Below are positions 53,401 to 63,714 of a stretch of 64,000 bases of DNA, piece by piece; the first letter of the stretch is position 1, and every line of letters begins with the position of its first letter. The DNA is taken from assembly GCA_965649765.1 (NCBI GenBank), contig OZ287755.1, positions 40,176,001 through 40,240,000 of the forward strand, read 5' to 3'. The notes beneath the pieces were generated by a model. The model worked only from the letters and a program-made list of their open reading frames with translations. It was not told where the DNA came from and made no database searches. The stretch comes from Bispira polyomma. Its lineage: Eukaryota. Position numbers and translations under genes: made by a program.

Positions 53401-56400
53401 AAAGACAGTGAATGGCAACTTTGTTTCATTACTTGAACAACTTGGATGTGAATGCATAGACACTTTCAGAGAACAGGAACCACAAGGGTTGTTAAGGCTC
53501 ATGGCCAACTTTGAAACTGTCAAAAAGCATTTCAAACCCAATGGTGATACCACCCTTTCGATTAGAATTAGATCACACAAAGACTACAACATTATTGTTA
53601 TAAATATAAACCAATAATTATGAAACCAAAACCATATAATGATATCATTAGGACTATGACATATTACAATATCACAGACAACCAAAATTGGCACTGGAGG
53701 TGAACAAATTTTGAAAGCAATAACAAATCCAACAATTTTATCATTATTTGGTCAGATACTTAAAAACATTAAAGACTATAAAATTATTGTTATAAATATT
53801 AAACAATAATTTTGACCCAAATATAATATAACAATATATTTAAAACTAGAAAATAATGACAAACCACTAAATTTGGCCACTGCGGTGCAACTTTTCAATG
53901 GAGATGATGCCAAGGTTGTCTGCTGCTGCTATTATATCTCCCACCTGGTTGGCTACTCCGACTGTTGATACACCTTGAGCAAGGTTAAAATGTTGATGTT
54001 CAGTATTTAGGAAAACTTACCCAACATCAGCATTGGAGAAAGTAGACACAACGGGCACACCACCAGCATTGGAGAAAGTAGACACAATGGGCACACCACT
54101 AGCATTGGAGAAAGTAGACACAACAGGCACACCACCAGCATTGGAAATGGCAGACACACGAGTGACACCACCAGCATTCGAGAAAGCTGACACAATAGGC
54201 ACACCAACAGCATTGGAGAAAGTAGACACACCAGGCACACCAACAGTATTGGAGAAAGTAGACACAACATCAGTAGTGCAGAAAGTAGACACACCATCAG
54301 GCCGAGCAGGGGTGTCCAACAAGGAATTGTCCTTTAACATAGAACTGTGACATAACATAGACATGCCCATAGGTGACATATCTATCGAAGGGCAGACTGG
54401 TGAGGCTGGCTCTGAAAAACACACAGAGAATTCCGCTGGTCTTGAAATGCTAGACAAGGTCGCACTGGCTGATGGTCGTGGAAATTTGAAATGGCCGGGT
54501 GGACCTCAGCAGGTACCACAGCTAACAAGTCCTTTCTGCAGTCTAACCAGTATCAATCCTCAATGGCTTCAGCATCTGTACATAACATATTAAAAGATTG
54601 CTGACAACGACCGGTTTGCTTTCTCAGGTGTATAGTTTAATTCAGCTGTTGCAATAGCTTACCACTGATTGATTCACTTATAGAGCTGCGAGCACCTGAT
54701 CCTTTGGGTGTTTGTGAACTAGATCTTGACAACTACGAATCTAGGGTGCGTTCATCCTGCCCTTGCACATCATCCTAATTGACTGCATGCCTTATTTGAT
54801 TGCTCCCTGGATTGCTCAGTGGATTGCTTAGTGGATTGCTCAGTGGATGATGGACTGACCCACAACTTTCTCAGAACCTAATTCACCCTCACTGAGTGTT
54901 TCGCAGGCGCAGATCCAGAGGCGGGAATGTCTGTGTTGCGGCCATAGATGTTGCAAAGATTAGTCCACCACTGCAGCAATTGTTCCCCTGTAGAGAAAAA
55001 GATGCAACGCCATAATATCAAGATAATATACAACACATTATCCCGACAGATCAATCTATTTATCCAAACAAGACACCACTCCCTCATTATTGCCAGATAA
55101 TAGAGGGGCTAAATTAATTAATTAAAATGGGGGAACAATGACATATAACATGAAATATAATAGCAATATAATATCCAACACATTTTCACAGATCAATCTT
55201 ATTATCCGAACAAGACACCACTCCCTCACTATAGTCGGATAATAGAGGGGTCACATTAATTATTTAAAATGGGGGAATAATGACACATAACATTAAATAT
55301 AATAGCAAGATAATATCTAACACATTTTCACAGATCAATCTAATTATCCAAACAAGGCCCCCACTCCCTCACCATGGTCGGATAATAGAGGGGCCACATA
55401 AATTAATTAAAATAGGGGAACAATAACATATAAAATTATATATAATATCACGATAACCTCCAACACTTTTCTCCACAGATCAATATAATTATCCAAACAA
55501 GACCCCACTCCTCATTATGGTCGGATAATAGAGGGCCTACATTAATTAAAGTGGGGAACAATGACATATGAAATGACATATTATATCAAGATATTCTCCC
55601 ACATATTTCAACACACAAATCTAATTATCCAAACACAAATTTAGTCCCTCAACTTGGATGGTTATCCAAGGCTGTAAAATACCTTATAATTAACAGGTAA
55701 ATCAAGGTAAAATGATGTAAATACTCACCATTCTTGTCATATTCAGGTGCCTTTTGCGACCACATTGCCATCTTTTCTGGCTGCCGGATATGCACAAAGT
55801 CAGCAGCCCGTGACCACAACTCCGGGTTTTTTTTTAACCAATCCAACAAATCCTTCTCCTGTGTGTGGGTCAATTTCACTACCTGGCTCCTTTTCTATGC
55901 AAGTTTCTTGGTCTGGCTCTGGGTCTGGGAAACATCCAGAAGTTCTCCTTTATCTTGTGTGAAAATTTCCAACTGAGTGGCAATCTGAGTGTCAATCTGA
56001 CTGTCAATCTAGGTGTCTTCCACAGTTTCGGCCTCTGGCTGTAGTGAAGGTAAAGGTGCTGATGCTTTCCTCTTTCTAGTAACTCTACCCATTTTACAAA
56101 TGGGGGAAAAAAACTTTCATGAAAATTCCAAACACGTCCGTGCACAATGAAATATAACTTTCGAATGATGCGAGAGCATGGTGCCTTGTGGTAGCGTATG
56201 ACGCGTTAGATGATAAATTGAGCTAATGACGAAAGCAAAAACGGGTGCAATGTGTGATAAACGTCTTGTAAATCCCAACTTATAATTGAAATCCAAAGTC
56301 ATATTTGAAAGTTGTACTAAAAGTTTGCAAATAAATATCGTAGTTTGTGCTGCTCGGGGCAGTCTCAGCTATTATTCCTGAAACAAGAAATACAGAATAT

Positions 56401-59400
56401 ACAGCGCAGTGAGGTCCAGGAGTGTTTTGCTTTCATGGCATTCTGTGCTGGATTACTGAAGTAAATTTTACTTTGATATGTACATGGACGTCATAAGCCA
56501 GTACCCAAAAGAGTACTTGCTGTAAAAAGTCAATGGAGTATAGTTCCCATCTACATATATTTATTGCTAGGATCAGTATGTATAGTATTTGACTAACACG
56601 AAACACAAGAAATACTGGAATAAATCTGATATACAGTGCTATGCTTGATTCCTTTGCTTGACATACAGTTGTACTACTAATCCAAATTTATTGGTTAAAT
56701 ATCATACAATAAATAGGTTAGAAAATGTGTGATTTACCAATATAAAGATTATTCACCCTGGTGACATGGCTATATCATGTGTCATGTTAAAACCTTTTAT
56801 TGCCGCGAATACGATATATTTCATTGGCCTTAAACTTTTCACTGTTTTTATAATAAAAACTCATTGGGGGTGTGGAATGCATTTTTGATCAGCCAAGTCG
56901 AGCCTTACATATTATTTCTAAGATGGCGGCGCCCTTTTCAGAAAGAAAACAACACCCAGCTACGCCTGATAAAAACAGTAATTTAAATTATCAATACAAA
57001 GGAAACATGTACAATATTGGATATTGTAATAAAGCTTGACAAAGGTGACTCACAGTATATATATTTGTAATTTAGATTTAGTTTAGGTATAGAGTATAAT
57101 ATATTCACATATGTCATATTTGAAAAGGGTGATGTATAATATTGTATGGTCTAAGCCTGCGCTTCCTTTCAGCATGTTTTTCTTGGCCGATGTCACGATT
57201 TTTTTTGCTCACTACATAATATAACCAAGTGCTTCCTTTCAGCATATTTACATCAGATCCAATCCGACGTCTGCCGACGTCTGTTGGGCCAACAGATTTT
57301 ATCTCTCAGGGAGCGAAAAAAACTGGTGGACTGTACGATTTTTAAATAAATGTTAACAAAAAAAAAATTATTTTATTTTACATACAACATATCTGACAAA
57401 AGAAAGTGCTACATCGGCGACTTCATTTCGGCTCGGCCACACACAAATTGAATGTGCTGAAAGGAAGCGTAGGCTTACAGTCAAATATGTCACACCATGT
57501 TTTGATGTACAATGTAGACATACATATTCGTAATGGTTATCATTTCATATTGATTTTTGTTACCCTTAGGAAGATTGCTAACCTGGTTGAATACAATCGA
57601 CCCGTCAAAACTGAGGGTGTCAGGTTTGCCTGAGTATATAGTGGTCATATCAACGTTAGTGTATTTCATACTGTGCACCTGTGTCTTTTTAAAAGGACAA
57701 CTGTTGTTAGATTTAAGTGGAAGAAAATGTTTTATTTTTATTGCCATGCTGGAGTGACTTCGACTGGGACAGTGTCATCTTGTTAACATGCAGTTTTGTT
57801 ACATGTCATGTGCCCATGTGTCAGCCAATGAGAATAAAGGATTTGTATGCAACAATGTTTTAATGCCACCTACATTATCAGAATAAGTCATCAGAGACAC
57901 CCCAAAGAAGTAGAGTCCAGTGACAGGGCAAGTAAACTCCCCGGAACTGGTTGAGTAATGGTCACCATAGTTTGTCAGTATAGAGTTGAACACAATTGGG
58001 TCACCCTCTGGACACAGCAAGTTACTACCCGGGTAGGCAGTAAAGGCCACATATTGTTTCTGCACTACAAATATATACTCTTGCATCTGAGTATAATAGT
58101 ATACAGGCCTTGATCATAACATTAGATGTCATATGTCACAACACCTTGAATATATTTTGCAATATCATTTGTTCAAAATCTATGAGAAAAAAATAGTGTT
58201 TTGTAGCATCAAATGAAGGTATCATATTATAAATCTTTGTTGTAATTGATATTTAATTGCTTCATATATCAAAAAAAATGTATGCTATTTTCAGTAGAAA
58301 CATCTCAATGCAAACCAGTAGATCAAATCTGATAAGAAGCTGCTTAGATTGGACTGAAACTAATATCCATTTGCTGTAGATAAAACAAGTAAGCAAGAAA
58401 TTATGTCATTCAAAGAGCTGTGATATGTCGGTTGTTGGGGCGTGCTGATCAGTTGGGGGTGAGGTTCCTCATCAGACTGACAACAGACTATTTGCACATA
58501 ATATATATTTCCTTAACATTAACATTTAACAATACCACAAAACAACAATCATCTTTGCTGTTTCACATCTGAGTTTGATAAAGGGAATACAGCTGCTAAT
58601 GCTGCTTGGTTAAATGATGGGCAAGATGTGAACATAACGACCCAGGCTCGCATCAATAAAGCGTATTAAAATATATGATACAATACACTAATCTAGAATT
58701 GTCATCAGTCTTTTGATTCTAAAAATGCTAATAATTGTAATTTTTCATTTATTCTTGAAACTCTAAGTTTATATGCTGGTCAGTCCTAGGTGAGATTGTC
58801 AGCCTAAACTGTTAAACTTCAACCAATGAGAAGAAAGCTGGTGTAAGGTATTATGTTTACAGCCAATAATGTTTTCCAAATATGTAAACTCAATTAGGTA
58901 ATGTTTGAAACATATGTGATCACAAGTTATGGCTAGCTGCACCAAGCTGAAGGCTAAATTATGCCAAAGTGAGAATTTGATTTACAGATAAGCTTATTTA
59001 AATATACATTCAATAGACATATTACTTGTTTAAACACAGACTTTATAATAATACAAAATATCTATAGCATTTACTACATTTACTTTTGTAGTAAAACATG
59101 TACACAATCCATCACTGAAATAGACATCACTGTTACTATAAAACATCATTAGTTCATACATACTTTATATTCTTCCCTGAAAAATGAAGATTTCTAAAAT
59201 GTTCATTCTATAACACAGCCTTATAACTGTAATAGAATACATATTGTAGTATATAAATAACAACTAACCAAGAGCTTTTAAAGTTGTGATTTCTTGAAGA
59301 TGTGTGTCATACTTCTCAACCAGTTTAGTCAAGAGCCTTTCATGGGATTCATACTTCTCATTCAGTTCAATCAACTGACTTTCTACTTCCTCTGCTGTCT

Positions 59401-60736
59401 AAGTAATGAATATAATACAGCAGAAGTTCTATTATCCAAAGTTCCGTTATCTGAATATTTGATTCTATGAGCATAAATTCCCTCCAAAATTGTTTTATAC
59501 ACAGTGTATACTCAGTACAGTATTTTTGTTGGCAGTGGGTGTGAATTTATTTGGGTTTTGACATCCATTTCAACAGCTTGGGGAACATCATGATGGCCAG
59601 ATTTAATTCTGATAGAAACTAGTGATGAATCACTGTAAACGACCAAACCAAATCGGCAAATACTTGATAAACCCTCCCACACAAGGGGAAAAACAATATT
59701 CAAACCCTCATTGGTGAGAGGCCAGTGATTGTGAAGCAGGCGCTTCTAACAAAAAGGCCATGGCAACCCACCCTGGACTGTTTTTGTGCCACCGACCGGC
59801 ACCACTAACTGACATGCCCATAATTGAAGAAAGAGTAGCATAAGGATAACTGCCACTTTGTCTGTTTTTGGGACTGCCACTGACCGGCACCACTAACTGG
59901 CATGCCCATAACTAAAGAAAGAGTAGCATAAGGATAACCATTTTATTCATCATCCCAAGGGTTCATTAGACTTTTCATGGAGACAGGGTCCAATGACAGA
60001 GATTTGCCATGTTGAAGGGTCATCTGTGCCACTATTTATCTGCTTATATCTTAGAGCCCCAGTTTGGGTTCAAACCAAGGGCCTCTGTAGTCGGCAGTGG
60101 GTGTGTTTCCGTCTAAGCCATAGTGACAGATACAGTACTTGTACTTGTGACATTTTAGCATCAAAGTTTTATTAACATATTCACTTGCACATGTTGCCTG
60201 GTAATGAATTTTTAATATTCACATATTTGTATTAATTTTCTAAATATTATATTACTTTGGGTTGTTACAATAGCTACCCATGCTTATGCTTGATTAATTT
60301 TATGATATTTCTTTAACATATTTCAATATTTTGAGTTTTAAAAAATGAGATTTGTTTAAATGCTGGTTTAAAAAGAATATTATTTGGCACTTATTATAGT
60401 TTTTCACCAACACTTCTGGTTTTTTTTCTCGCCAACGCTAACAATATAAAGTCAATGTATTGTGGTCAAAACCAAAATATTGAGTTTTAAACTGACAACG
60501 CTACTAATAATATAACCACTAACACTGACAATAATAAAACATTATTACTGTGGTACTAATACTTTTTTGTAAAAAAGTACAAGATGCAGTACATTTTTCA
60601 AGACATTTTGTGTAAGGTATAAAATAAATCAGAGTGATGTAGCTTTATCTTTAAACCATATACTTACTTTTGCCTCTACCGCAATTGGTAGCAAGAACAA
60701 AGTAACCAGTAACATATGCTGTTCTAATGCTTTCAT
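44253..60736 (-). CDS. Secreted C1q-domain-containing protein type A (copy A3), 205 aa, ORF intact; exons 60736-60668, 59398-59269, 58064-57874, 44480-44253
   Basis: MKALEQHMLLVTLFLLPIAVEAK | TAEEVESQLIELNEKYESHERLLTKLVEKYDTHLQEITTLKAL | VQKQYVAFTAY...FTCPVTGLYFF...SDN | HVAPQ...FYGFLIALST*. GT-AG, phases 0,1,0. Intron 3 is collinear with that of A2 on both sides of an 11.4 kb insertion. Confidence 0.82.
45059..46219 (+). pseudogene. PIF/Harbinger (HARBI1-like) transposase #2, disrupted
   Basis: WTRPWI, YRNFTRID, LRYLATG, CIGAIDGK, YNYKRFTSVILLAVV, SDAQIW, RRVVKNAFG, CCILHN; internal deletion and frameshifts. Confidence 0.92.
46320..46740. repeat. ~72-80 bp tandem repeat x6 with hairpin CTGGGTTCAAACCCAG
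   Basis: Core recurs at ~46335, 46407, 46482, 46554, 46634 and 46707. Confidence 0.85.
46835..47180. repeat. Complex tandem repeat (CAAGTACATCACCAATACATTACAAGTGCTACT)
   Basis: Motif recurs about 6 times with variable spacers. Confidence 0.8.
47430..50045 (+). mobile_element. L1/Tx1-clade LINE, 5'-truncated and degenerate
   Basis: Endonuclease tail (IDFWLVS, SDH, KFNNALL), RT (SPGSDG, NWRPVSLL, IDFRKAFD, RQGCP, LADDTT), C-terminal CLYC...HHLYEC; A-rich 3' end. Confidence 0.9.
51035..51745. repeat. Degenerate ~34 bp repeat (GAAGTGGAGGCATGTGGAGGTCACCT)
   Basis: AGGTCAC-like core recurs about 10 times. Confidence 0.7.
52500..53300 (+). mobile_element. CR1-type LINE 3' end
   Basis: YNLRN, SFFPSVIRLWNHL, FKSKLK, LRMGLSALN, C..C...ETVTHYFIECPAY; AATAAA and A-rich tail. 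Confidence 0.85.
53384..53566 (+). pseudogene. HSP70-12 (HSPA12)-like coding fragment
   Basis: GGKTVNGNFVSLLEQLGCECIDTFREQEPQGLLRLMANFETVKKHF matches my recollection of the HSPA12 pattern GG..V...F..LL....G...I..F....P...L.LM..FE..K; not confirmed by search. Confidence 0.55.
54025..54300. repeat. 39-bp tandem repeat x~7
   Basis: CCAGCATTGGAGAAAGTAGACACAACGGGCACACCA unit. Confidence 0.92.
55030..55640. repeat. ~142-bp tandem repeat x~4.5, intronic in the Myb/SANT gene
   Basis: CAGATCAAT at ~55047, 55188, 55331 and 55476; stray partial unit at ~51825. Confidence 0.88.
57155..57474. mobile_element. Harbinger-type MITE, 320 bp
   Basis: TIR GCCT(G/A)CGCTTCCTTTCAGCA; TAA/TTA flanks; empty site at ~22236. 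Confidence 0.85.
57874..58064 (-). CDS. A3 exon 3 (C1q N-half)
   Basis: tttgtag acceptor, gtaggt donor, 191 nt open. Confidence 0.92.
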
Positions 60737-61423
60737 CCTGAAATATTGTATTCTGTGATTGTAATCTTATGATTTAATGCTTAATACTGATATGTACAGT
60801 ACAAAGAAATTATTGTTATCTATGTGATAAGACGTATGGTGGTTGCTGTGTAGAGGAGTAACATTTCCATCGATAAAGCCAATAGCATTAAATTAAATGT
60901 ACAGCAGTATAAGTGTATATGTTAGGATATGTACAAAGAAAAAAATGTTATCCATGTGAAAAGACATATGGTGGTTGATGTGTAGAGAAGTAACATTTCT
61001 ATCGATAAAGCAAACAGCGCTGAATTTTATATGTACATCAGTGATGTTAAAAATATCATACCTTTTGACAACATGTCAGTCTAATATATTATCACTCCAT
61101 TATGTGATGTGCATACAGTGTACACTTTAATGTGACGTCCTTAAACAAAGAACACTTCATTTAAAAAAATAAACTGACATCAATTGCATCAGTTTAGAAA
61201 ATTTATGAATAATATCACCTGTAAAAGCATGTGTGAAAGTATCTGCCTGAAGGACGTATGTAGCTATTTTTCATACTATTTTAATGTAGCACCTACTGAA
61301 TTATTGGCATTTGGTTATCTAAAAATCTTTTTAAAAAGGCGGGAGAGGCTACAGTTAGAGAGGGGGCTTTAATTACAGAAAATGTGGTTTAGTGTAATTT
61401 CAAGATTTCAACATTTTACCCAC

Positions 61424-63050
61424 ATCATCAGTAATAGTCATCAAAGACACTCTCCTTTTAAAAAGGACAACTCTTGTTCGATTACGTGGAAGGAAATGTT
61501 TTTTTTTCATTGCCATGCTGGAGTGTCACAACTTCTACTGTGACACCTGGTTAACATGCACTTTTGTTACAAGTGTCAACCAATGAAAATAGACGATTTG
61601 TATGTAACAATGTTTTAAGGCCACCTACATTATTTTCATATGTTATCAGAGACATCCCGAAGAAGTAGAGTCCAGGGACAGGGCAAATAAACACTTCAGA
61701 ACTGGTGTAATAAATACTGCCAAAGTTTGCAAATACTGAATTAAACTCGATCTTCTGTCCCTCTGGACATTGCATATTTGCTCTGGGGTAGACTGTAAAT
61801 CCCACATATTGCTTTTGTACTGCAAATATATCTGGTAGAAAAAAACAACAATGCCTAAATTTATCATCTAACATCAAGCATTTATCTATTTAATGCAAAG
61901 AACCAAAACTTACATTATAATATGATAATCTGTGCCAAAAACTCCTCAATTTTAAGTGTAGTATTATTTGTGCAGTCATGGTAAAATTGAGATATGCCAC
62001 TCCTAGTCGTGCATTGTTATATAGAATAATGTACAGTTTAAAATCAGTGTATAACCCCATGTACAAATCCTGTTTGAGTAATTATTTAACTGTAAAACCA
62101 AGGTAAAGAGAGATCGAGAGAGACATATATAGCACAAAAAGAAACCCAGAACAATGGTCTTTCAGTATCTCAAAATATTGAACTATGAGTGAATGTAATA
62201 GTAGAAAGCAACAGTTACATATATACGTTTCACAGTAATTATCGCAATCATTGATTTTGCGAAGATTCGTGTGACAAACACTGAGGTCTGTATCGTAAAT
62301 GTTAACATTATCGACCCACTATGTAGTCATCTAGCCGCCAACGGCATTTGTTACTCCTAGAACCTATGTCTATCTACAAGTATCAAGGTCCCCGTGGCCT
62401 AGTGGTTAGGAAGTTAATCTAAAGGTCAGAAGGTCCAAGGTTCTTTTTCCTGGTACCAGCCGCTAGTTTCATTGGTGGGATAACATCCTTGGGCAAAATG
62501 TGTACGCACGTTTGCCCAGTGGCTCGGATGACCAATTAAAAAAGATCATTGGGGACGTTGATCAATGGTCATCCTCAAGCCTTTTTCCTCAGTTCGGGAA
62601 ATGACAGTAACTGTTGCAGTGAGGAAAGGGTTAATTAGTGCTCTGAATACTAGATAAAGGTAGATATATGCGATAAGTATAAATCAAAATATGAATTAGT
62701 CAACATCACAAAAATACTATTTCATTTTCCTTGGGTTACTCGCAATAGGAAATTCTTAGTAAGCACAATTTCCTGTATAAAAAATTATAGGTAAGGCCGG
62801 TATTAAATTCCTAAAGTAATCTGTGGTGTGTTTTTTAGCTTTGTTTTTCCCGGTAACAGTTTTCTTCTGGGATCCAAGTTGTTTAATATTTGTTGGTCTC
62901 ATAATATTCTTGTGTATGTTATTGCACTACTAATTGACCACAAATACAATAGATCTATAACTTCTAGGATAGCAAATACTTGCATCCAGACTTCAAAACA
63001 TTGATCTCCTGCAAAACTGTTTGGAGCTGCCTTTCTACCTCATCCAGCTT
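61424..63050 (-). pseudogene. C1qDC type B copy B3: exon 2 (63050-62984) and chimeric exon 3 (61819-61629) present; exons 1 and 4 deleted
   Basis: KLDEVERQLQTVLQEINVLKSG|gcaagt; QKQYVGFTVYPRANMQCPEG...GLYFFGMSLITYENN|gtaggt; deletion junctions at ~61245 and ~63946. Confidence 0.85.
62387..62700 (+). mobile_element. tRNA-derived SINE family 1
   Basis: Same insertion as 34525-34830, duplicated with the cassette. Confidence 0.75.
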
Positions 63051-63102
63051 CTAAAGAAAAACAGAAACTATTTCTTGGTTCTGTTTAATGCTTCAAATAT
63101 TA

Positions 63103-63714
63103 AAGCGTGGTCACACCTACACGTGCTGGAGATACGTGTGTGTGACATTTTGAACTGTTTGGAAACAAAATGAAGATCCTTGGTGCGTTTGTTCCGTGAC
63201 GTTGCTTACCGGTTGATAGCGTTTCAGAAACGTCTCCCTTTGGCCTGCTACCGCGATTGTTTCAAAATGTTTGAAACAATCGTGTGACAGCTTACGTTTC
63301 TTTCCGTTTCTCTGTTCGTCCTGGAACGTTTCCGAAAGTAGCATAGACGTATCAGTAAGTAGCTCTACATAGTAGTAGGTAGCGAGGAAGTCCCAGTAAG
63401 TAGTGAGATTGTCTTCAGTCGTTTCCGTTAACAGAAGGCAACAGAACACACCAGCAAGTAGCAGAAGGCAAGAGAACACACCAGTAAGTAGCAGTATAGT
63501 AGCTCCACGTAGTAGTAGGTAATGATATCCTACCAGTAAAGTGATCGATTTTTACCCCCGCTTCGTGTGTCCAAGTACCAACATCGTCACAAAAACGTCA
63601 CAATCGACTCTCCTTTTATGGTAATGATGTCACTTTGCATGAAACAACTACGTTTTCACTTTATATAGCTTTCTTACGTTGGGGATGCTAGCATGTGTAG
63701 ATGTGACTGGGCTA
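63103..63714. mobile_element. Harbinger-type MITE, ~612 bp
   Basis: Imperfect TIR AGCGTGGTCACACCTACAC / GTGTAGATGTGACTGGGCT; TTA TSD; empty site at ~35265. Confidence 0.82.

Larger units (their letters stand above)
54021..56100 (-). pseudogene. Harbinger accessory Myb/SANT (MADF-like) gene #2; exons ~56100-55729 and 54987-54021
   Basis: LTHTQEKDLLDWLKKNPELW...KMAMWSQKA...G|gtgag; ctacag|EQLLQWWTNL.NIYGR...SGSAP...; donor gtaagt at 54020; contains stops. Confidence 0.72.
44924..56296 (+). mobile_element. Large PIF/Harbinger element #2 with nested insertions; right terminus apparently lost
   Basis: Starts after TAA with TGCCGTGGTCACAC (similar to the 63.1 kb MITE terminus). Homology to A2 intron 3 stops at 44923 and resumes at ~56297. 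Contains a transposase (+) and a Myb/SANT gene (-). Confidence 0.75.

Noticed and set aside
54033-54350. Plus-strand repeat protein (EKVDTTGTPPAL)
   Set aside because: TTG start and no exon context; splice signals favour the minus strand.
58440-58460. 7SL RNA-like 13-mer CGTGCTGATCAGT
   Set aside because: The match does not extend; compatible with chance.
63117-63479. 120-aa ORF with signal-peptide-like start
   Set aside because: It lies wholly within a MITE, has a GTG start and derives from internal repeats.
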